Positions 56,259 to 64,000 of a DNA stretch of 64,000 nucleotides are shown here, piece by piece. The stretch covers positions 416,001-480,000 of the forward strand of contig JBPOFY010000002.1 of NCBI GenBank assembly GCA_051252375.1. Reading direction: 5' to 3'. The position numbers and the translations under genes were made by a program. The DNA is from Opitutaceae bacterium (GTDB lineage Bacteria > Verrucomicrobiota > Verrucomicrobiia > Opitutales > Coraliomargaritaceae). Below the pieces are notes generated by a model. That model was not told the origin of the DNA and did no database searches. It worked only from the letters and a program-made list of their open reading frames with translations. Within the stretch, counting starts at the first letter, position 1. The number at the start of each line of letters is the position of its first letter.

Positions 56259-56908
56259 TATTCGGCAATCGGTGCTTCAGGTAGGCTATAGTCGAGTTTG
56301 AGGCTCAGCATATACTCGACCAGTGCTTCCGCACGGCGGGTCGGCACAACTTCATAACCTGCTTCAGGGCTATACTCTGAATTGGGAGGAAACTTAAGTG
56401 CGTTGGCAGAAGGCGCTCCATCAACTTTACGGGTTTCGTAAAGGAAAGCAAACGGAGCCATATTGGAACCAGGAGACGTGATTTGCGGATTGTAGAGGTG
56501 CAAGTGGTGCCAATCTTTATTCAAAGGACGACCCCCAACGTGCATCAAATCAGGCCCGGCGCGCATGGTGCCTAGGAGCACGCGATCTTGAAGGATGTAG
56601 TCACGAGCGACAGAAGCACGTGGACCCCAGTTACGCTCAACATCGGCACCAAATCCGGCGCGACGCACTTGTTGCGTGTGGCAGTAGATACAGCCCATCT
56701 CGATGTAAACTTGCTTGCCTTGCTGAGCGAGGCCGGGAGCAGTCAACGGATAGAGTGTTTCACCCTCCATGTTATTGCCGTTCTCATCCTTCATCTGAGT
56801 GGTCTGTGTCAGACTACCGAGTTGGATGTTACTGGAAAGAATCAGACCAGTGAACGAGAATGCGAGCGCGAAGAAAATGCCGCAGAATAATAAAGGTAAG
56901 TTTTTCAT
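56258..56908 (-). CDS. ccoO: cbb3-type oxidase subunit II paralog
   Basis: [25 protein letters not shown]. Confidence 0.85.
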   Translation of the reverse strand: MKNLPLLFCGIFFALAFSFTGLILSSNIQLGSLTQTTQMKDENGNNMEGETLYPLTAPGLAQQGKQVYIEMGCIYCHTQQVRRAGFGADVERNWGPRASVARDYILQDRVLLGTMRAGPDLMHVGGRPLNKDWHHLHLYNPQITSPGSNMAPFAFLYETRKVDGAPSANALKFPPNSEYSPEAGYEVVPTRRAEALVEYMLSLKLDYSLPEAPIAE

Positions 56909-58389
56909 TACGCTACACCCTCCTCGCTAGTGGAATCGAGTAGTGTGGGACCTTGCTTCGCGCGAACCGCACCGGCAGCAAAGAGCATCCAAAAGAAATT
57001 CACCGCAAAAGCGATATGGCCAACTGTGAGGAAGACACCGGAAATTGTGCGAGCCTTCAACCAAGGGATCATGTTTTGCACGATATCAAGAAATGGGATC
57101 GTTGCGTCATTCATTTGCACACCTTGGATCCAACCAATAACATGCAAGGCGAACAACATGATAGAGATACCGATCGCACTGCCCCAGAAGTGAAGTTTGA
57201 TCAAGCCGGCGGATGGCCACTCGCGCTTGAGCAAGCGAGGCATCATGTAGTAAACACCACCAAACATGATCATCGAGAAGAAGGCATACACACCGTGGTG
57301 AGCGTGACCGACTGTAAAGTGTGTAAAGTGTGTGATCTCATTCACTGAACGCAAAGCCATGGATGAACCGATCAGACTAACAAGCGTATACGAAATGGCA
57401 CCAAACACGACGAAACGAAGCGTCGGGCTACGCCAGACTTCTTTGTGCAGGCCAACGACCGACATGTGGTGATTGAGACCAACCACGATGACTGGGATCA
57501 CCATCATGATCGAAGCCACGATGCCGGCAGAAATCAGCCAGACTGGAATCGGACCACCAATGAGGTGGTGCACACCGGCCCAGTTGTAGAAGATTGCCAG
57601 AGCCCAGAAACCAAGCACGGACAGATAGTAAGAATAAATCGGGCGCCCCAATACCTTGGGAATCAAATAGTATGCAGTCGCCAATGCCATCGGAGTCAAC
57701 CAGAGCCCGAGCACATTATGCGCAAACCACCAGTTTGTGACCGATTGAACCACGCCACGTGCGGGGAACCAAATGATCATTACCTGAGCGACAATATATA
57801 GCCACGGGAACCAGAAAAGCCCCGCTAGAATATACCACTGAGAAACGTAAACGTGCTCTCCTTTGCGGAACTTGAATGCCATGACACCCCAAACACCAAT
57901 CAAGGCATAAGACAGCGCTAGCAATGGTGTCGCGTAGTGTGGGATTTCAAGCCACTCCACCGAAGTGATGTCGCCCATGATGATACCGACGATACCAACA
58001 GTCAGACCGATATTCCAAAAGATACCGGCGATCAGTAGCAGTCCTCCATGACGAATGGGTGAACGGCAAAGGCGTGCCATGATCCAGAGACCAACGGCGA
58101 AAATGATGTTATTGCCCCACCCGAGTGCCATTGCATTCAAGTGCGCCGAACGCATACGACCGAAAGTCGAGAGTGCACTGTCTCCCATAAATGAAGGCTC
58201 ATGCGCTTTATACGCAGTGATCAGCGCAAAGACCGTGCCGGCCAGCAACCAGAAGATCGCGGACACGGTAAAGAACAGTGCCGAAGTCCGAATGGATGCA
58301 TCGATTTCGCTCAGTTCGGCGCGCACCGCAGCGTCGTTCGACGAATACGGGCTGGCTGACTGGCTGTTAATCTGTGGAGCTTCGCTCAT
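56908..58389 (-). CDS. ccoN: cbb3-type oxidase subunit I paralog
   Basis: [26 protein letters not shown]; all six His ligands are visible. Confidence 0.88.
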   Translation of the reverse strand: MSEAPQINSQSASPYSSNDAAVRAELSEIDASIRTSALFFTVSAIFWLLAGTVFALITAYKAHEPSFMGDSALSTFGRMRSAHLNAMALGWGNNIIFAVGLWIMARLCRSPIRHGGLLLIAGIFWNIGLTVGIVGIIMGDITSVEWLEIPHYATPLLALSYALIGVWGVMAFKFRKGEHVYVSQWYILAGLFWFPWLYIVAQVMIIWFPARGVVQSVTNWWFAHNVLGLWLTPMALATAYYLIPKVLGRPIYSYYLSVLGFWALAIFYNWAGVHHLIGGPIPVWLISAGIVASIMMVIPVIVVGLNHHMSVVGLHKEVWRSPTLRFVVFGAISYTLVSLIGSSMALRSVNEITHFTHFTVGHAHHGVYAFFSMIMFGGVYYMMPRLLKREWPSAGLIKLHFWGSAIGISIMLFALHVIGWIQGVQMNDATIPFLDIVQNMIPWLKARTISGVFLTVGHIAFAVNFFWMLFAAGAVRAKQGPTLLDSTSEEGVA

Positions 58390-58508
58390 TGAAAGAGAAT
58401 TTAATTAAGTATTGGGAATTAGGAATCAAAAGTATCGTTAAGTTGAAGTTCGGAGTGCTTTATCAACATTCCTAATTTGTCATTCTTAATTCCTAATCGA
58501 AAAAGTTA

Positions 58509-58700
58509 TTATTTACTGGGAAAGGAGTCGGAAATCTCACCCTCGGGTTCTTCGTCGGTAAAGATGGTGCTGGCTTGGCTATCGAAGTTGCGGAATTGCC
58601 CGCGCTTCGAAGACCAGTAGAGCATCGCGATGGCTGACACAAAAAAGACCACACCCAGTAGGATGATGGGAAGCAAATCTGTGTAGCTTTCAGCGTCCAT
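58509..58700 (-). CDS. ccoS: cbb3 maturation protein CcoS
   Basis: TM followed by WSSKRGQF. Confidence 0.8.
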   Translation of the reverse strand: MDAESYTDLLPIILLGVVFFVSAIAMLYWSSKRGQFRNFDSQASTIFTDEEPEGEISDSFPSK

Positions 58701-58709
58701 CGGAAAAAA

Positions 58710-58958
58710 TTAATCCTTCTTTTGGTAAGCGCTGATGGTCTGCTCCATCGCGGCATCGATGTTGCCAAGCTTGGCAACTCCCTGTGCGCGAATCTCATCC
58801 ACTTTAGCCTGACGGTCCGCGACCACTTGTGTATCTACCGCATCGGGACGATTCGGCAGATAAGCGACAAAGATGATTAGAGCGAAAATAAGAATCGCGC
58901 CGAGACTGCCGAGGAAAGTCAGCAGGAAATTACATTTGGATACTTCTTGTTCAGACAT
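58710..58958 (-). CDS. Small single-TM protein, ACIII accessory (ActG position)
   Basis: Follows actF; one TM. Confidence 0.55.
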   Translation of the reverse strand: MSEQEVSKCNFLLTFLGSLGAILIFALIIFVAYLPNRPDAVDTQVVADRQAKVDEIRAQGVAKLGNIDAAMEQTISAYQKKD

Positions 58959-58964
58959 CGTAAA

Positions 58965-60239
58965 TTACTCGGTGTAGTTAAGGGATGTGAGGATGTTCGG
59001 GTCACGAATAGGAATCGGCTCAGCCTTCTTCATGCTACGGCACATTGCGAAGATGCAGATGCCCCCGATACCAACGAGTGCGGCGATATCGTATGGAGAA
59101 ATCGAGAACTGACGAACGAGATAGCCCGCTGCGTGTGGATCTGGATTCACCAATTTGCCAGGAACAATGTTCCAGTAAAGATCGAGAAGGTGGAATGCGA
59201 GGATCCAAGTCGAAATCGCAACCGTGCGCCAAATGACGACCTTTGTCTTATACCAAAGCAGGCAAAGGAACGGCGTGAGGAAGTGACCGAAGATCAAGCC
59301 CATGCTCACCCACCACCAACTGTTTGTGGTGCCATCGAAATTCTGTTCACGCAGGTTATACCAGAAAGTTTCTTCCGGAATATTGGCGTTATAAATAAGG
59401 AAATACTGGGAGAAGCTGATGTAGGCCCAGAAAACTGTGAAAGCCAACATCATACAACCGACGTCGTAACGGTGCGCTTGCTTGAGGATACCCTTGAGGT
59501 AACCCTTAGCAGCGAGAATGACTGTCAGAATGATGATCGAGCTCAATGCTGCACGCATACATGCAGCGAAGAACCACACACCATACATGGTCGAGAACCA
59601 GTGGTATTCAAGCGACTTGAACCAGTCGATCGCACCCATTGTCATGGCAACCGCGCAAAGGAACAAACCGAGCGAGGAAAGAACACGTGCCTTGTGTGTG
59701 TTTTTGATATCGCCTGTCTTATCTGTATCGAAAGAGAACTTACGAAGCAGACCGGAGATCAAGATGAACACACCAAAGATCATGAAAACGCGGATGGTGA
59801 AGAACTCGATATTCAGGAAAGGCTGTTTCCACTGGTAGATCGCGTCCTCACCGACAGTGCCGTGACCGGGCAATGCGTTGGTGCCATTCATCCACTTCCA
59901 GAGAATACCTGGATTGTCGTGGAACAAGACCACTGCGAGCAATGGAAGGAACAGCACGAGCAAATATGGGAAGGCTGCCATGAAGTGCTCACATTGGCGG
60001 CGGATGATCACCGGCCAGCGAGCATGGAAAACATACCAGATTTGGGTCAAGAAGAGCATCCCGATCGCAATCGAGATCCAGAAGCCGATACCGATGAGCC
60101 AGCTCATCAATGGGCGGGCGTCGTTGTTATCCAAGCCTTGCTTGAAACCGAATAGAGCGATAACGATGCCGACGATGCCGACGATGAGAGCGATGAGCCC
60201 TACGTTGCTACCTTTGGAGTTAGATGTGTCCGAACTCAT
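58965..60239 (-). CDS. actF: Alternative complex III subunit ActF
   Basis: DWFKSLEYHWFSTMYG, SQYFLIYNANIPEET. Confidence 0.9.
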   Translation of the reverse strand: MSSDTSNSKGSNVGLIALIVGIVGIVIALFGFKQGLDNNDARPLMSWLIGIGFWISIAIGMLFLTQIWYVFHARWPVIIRRQCEHFMAAFPYLLVLFLPLLAVVLFHDNPGILWKWMNGTNALPGHGTVGEDAIYQWKQPFLNIEFFTIRVFMIFGVFILISGLLRKFSFDTDKTGDIKNTHKARVLSSLGLFLCAVAMTMGAIDWFKSLEYHWFSTMYGVWFFAACMRAALSSIIILTVILAAKGYLKGILKQAHRYDVGCMMLAFTVFWAYISFSQYFLIYNANIPEETFWYNLREQNFDGTTNSWWWVSMGLIFGHFLTPFLCLLWYKTKVVIWRTVAISTWILAFHLLDLYWNIVPGKLVNPDPHAAGYLVRQFSISPYDIAALVGIGGICIFAMCRSMKKAEPIPIRDPNILTSLNYTE

Positions 60240-60243
60240 AGTA

Positions 60244-60876
60244 TTAAATTCCTGCCTCCGCTACTGGGTTTTGCGACTTTTGCAAAGCGCGCATGTAGAG
60301 CACGATGGCCCAGCGTTCTTCAGGGCTTAAGCGGTCTTTCAAACCGAGCATCTGATTGAAACCATTTGAAATGACATCGTAGATATAGCCGTCCTCAACA
60401 GAACGAAGACGATCGTCGTGGTAGTTAGCAGGCACCGCACCAACCATGTATGGCTGGACGACTCCTTTGCCATCACCGGCTGCACCGTGGCAAGCACCAC
60501 AGAAGATGTCGTATTTTTGACGACCTTGCTCGATGAGCTCGTAAGAGACTTCGAGTGGCAGCTTCTTAACGAAGGAACCGTCGGCGTTCTTACCTTCAAG
60601 AAGAACCGTGTCGCCTAGGCGCTGGTCTTCGAAGTCGGCAGAGAAAACTTCTTTTTGATTAAAATAGTTACCACGAGCGACTGTGCCGGCTGGCACGGGG
60701 CGATCGTTACGACCATCGGCGAAAAACTCGTTTTCTGCCTGTGGCTTGTAACGGGCCTGACGGTCCATGTCGGGGAACACTTCAAGTGGTGGTTTCGTGC
60801 TTGTCGTGCCGCGGAAGCCGAGAATCGACACGGCCGCGATGACCACAAATACATAGATTGCTAAAAATATACGCAT
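60244..60876 (-). CDS. actE: Alternative complex III monoheme subunit ActE
   Basis: DMDRQARYKPQ, PAGTVARG, CGACH. Confidence 0.9.
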   Translation of the reverse strand: MRIFLAIYVFVVIAAVSILGFRGTTSTKPPLEVFPDMDRQARYKPQAENEFFADGRNDRPVPAGTVARGNYFNQKEVFSADFEDQRLGDTVLLEGKNADGSFVKKLPLEVSYELIEQGRQKYDIFCGACHGAAGDGKGVVQPYMVGAVPANYHDDRLRSVEDGYIYDVISNGFNQMLGLKDRLSPEERWAIVLYMRALQKSQNPVAEAGI

Positions 60877-60885
60877 GATGATGTC

Positions 60886-61415
60886 CTAGGCTGAGACCTC
60901 CTCAATGTCAGTTCCGCCAATTTCTTCGAGGAACTGACGTGTCGCGACGGGATCAAATTTACCGTCGCGTGCTTCGATGGCGATAACGAGACGGTCTCCG
61001 GAAACTTCCAGAAACTTTTCGCTGTTAAAGAGTGGATTATAGTGCTGTGGGAGCAAATTGGTGATGAACATCCCGCCGAGCGTGCCGAAAGCTGACAACA
61101 GAATCGTCAACTCATACATGATCGGGAATGGGAAGACCGGGCTGAAGAATGGCTTACCACCCACGATGAGTGGATAGTTGTAAGCATTCATGAACCAGAC
61201 GATTAGGGTGCCGAGCGTGAAGCCACAAATACCGCCACAGAAAGTGAAGACCGGCACCTTGGAGCGAGGCTGACCTTGCGCGGCTGGCATGCCGTGAACG
61301 GGGAACGATGAATACGTGTCCCATTTTTTGTAACCAGCATCCCTCACCTTTTCTGCCGCATGGAAGAAAGAAGGTGTATCCGGGAAACTTGCGATAATTC
61401 CGTATGTTTCAGACA

Positions 61416-61416
<1 letters not shown>
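60886..61416 (-). CDS. actD: Alternative complex III subunit ActD (DUF3341)
   Basis: [22 protein letters not shown]. Confidence 0.9.
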
Positions 61417-62915
<1,499 letters not shown>

Positions 62916-62939
62916 TTTAATAGGTTCGCAAGTTATAAA

Positions 62940-64000
62940 TTAGTGAGCGGGTTGCGCTTCTTTAGAGGGAGTGGAATGGTCGTCGTGTGCTGGAGCAGCA
63001 TGTTCGTCGCCATGTGAATCTTTTCCTTCGCCGTGATCACCGCCGCTGCCATGTCCGTAACGCTCGTCGTATTGAGTGTAGGCGTATGGCTTGGAGTATG
63101 CGTCGGGCATCTTAGGATTCGGGTTACGAAGACGTGCCAAGTATGTGGTGCGTGGACGCGCATTGAGGTAACCCAAGACAGAGTAGTTACGATCGCTCGC
63201 CTTCATCTTGGAAACTTCAGAGTTCGCATCGGAAATATCACCAAAGGTAATCGCATCGGTCGGGCAGACTTGTTGACAAGCTGTCTTGATGTTGCCGTCC
63301 GCGATCTTGATGTTGCCGGAAGCACCTGCGAGGCGCTTCTGCTCAATCTTAGCTGCTTCGATACGCTGCGTGCAGAATGTGCACTTCTCCATCACACCAC
63401 GCATACGAACGGTGACGTTTGGATTCTTTTGCATCTTCTGAAGCTCTGGCTCGTCGACGGGACCGAGTGGGCCTTTGTAAACTTCACCGATCTGGCGTTT
63501 GTTCCAATCGAAGAAGTTGAAACGGCGAACCTTATACGGGCAGTTATTCGCGCAATAACGCGTGCCAACGCAGCGGTTGTAAGCCATCGTGTTCAAACCG
63601 GAACTGTCGTGCACAGTCGCATTGACGGGGCAAACTTGCTCACACGGTGCATTTTCACAGTGTTGGCACATCATGCCCATGAAGGATACTTGAACGTCCT
63701 CTGGAACTTCCTCTTGGTCGTATTTCTCGGCAGAGAAGTAACGGTCGATACGCATCCAGTGCATTTCGCGACCGCGAAGTGATTGCTCCTTGCCGACGAT
63801 TGGAATGTTATTCTCGCTTTGGCAGGCGACCACACATGCGGTGCAACCTGTGCAGCTGTTCAAATCGATCGCCATGCCCCACTGCTGAATCGCAGGGAAC
63901 TTGTCTTCGTTGCCTTTCCAAACATTTACGTTGGGAGCTGGCTTTGTGAAATCAGGGTGCTCGTAAGCGGAGTTACCGCGGAACTGGCTAGTGGCCTGCT
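62940..64000 (-). CDS. actB: Alternative complex III subunit ActB, 3' Fe-S part (starts outside the window)
   Basis: [40 protein letters not shown]. Confidence 0.92.
   Translation of the reverse strand, partial: QATSQFRGNSAYEHPDFTKPAPNVNVWKGNEDKFPAIQQWGMAIDLNSCTGCTACVVACQSENNIPIVGKEQSLRGREMHWMRIDRYFSAEKYDQEEVPEDVQVSFMGMMCQHCENAPCEQVCPVNATVHDSSGLNTMAYNRCVGTRYCANNCPYKVRRFNFFDWNKRQIGEVYKGPLGPVDEPELQKMQKNPNVTVRMRGVMEKCTFCTQRIEAAKIEQKRLAGASGNIKIADGNIKTACQQVCPTDAITFGDISDANSEVSKMKASDRNYSVLGYLNARPRTTYLARLRNPNPKMPDAYSKPYAYTQYDERYGHGSGGDHGEGKDSHGDEHAAPAHDDHSTPSKEAQPAH

Noticed and set aside
58947..60155. 402 aa + strand ORF and similar long antisense ORFs (5972, 19942, 50058, 62046, 63033)
   Set aside because: Shadow frames of well-supported genes; no motifs.

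Overview
Bacterial chromosomal window. Gene content suggests Verrucomicrobiota, probably Opitutae-like (fused ccoNO, ACIII linked to a second cbb3 set, mcsA-mcsB-clpC, SHD1-thioredoxin); this is an inference. Most of it is housekeeping: pxpBC, rplU-rpmA, galK, glnS, thyA-folA, mutL, ilvB, hflX, UDG, clpC, ilvE, acs, hisF, a cbb3 oxidase operon and an alternative complex III cluster. The main finding is two separate integron-like loci with no integrase gene in the window. At 2493-5326 (five cassettes) and 33532-34748 (one cassette) the cassettes sit behind homologous ~350 bp non-coding platforms. Each platform has an attI-like GTT site, conserved promoter-like hexamers, a covarying inverted repeat and a terminal GTAG REP of the family that flanks the RAYT transposase at 19347. 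At the second locus the last attC is fused at the GTT of a REP copy, which suggests REPs act as landing sites for mini-integrons. The second candidate system is a five-gene minus-strand operon (36870-41854): an opsin-like 7TM protein lacking the retinal lysine, a degenerate Ser/Thr kinase, an unknown protein, an orphan ParA and a possible alphaCTD-like protein. All calls are by eye from sequence and translation; no searches were run.
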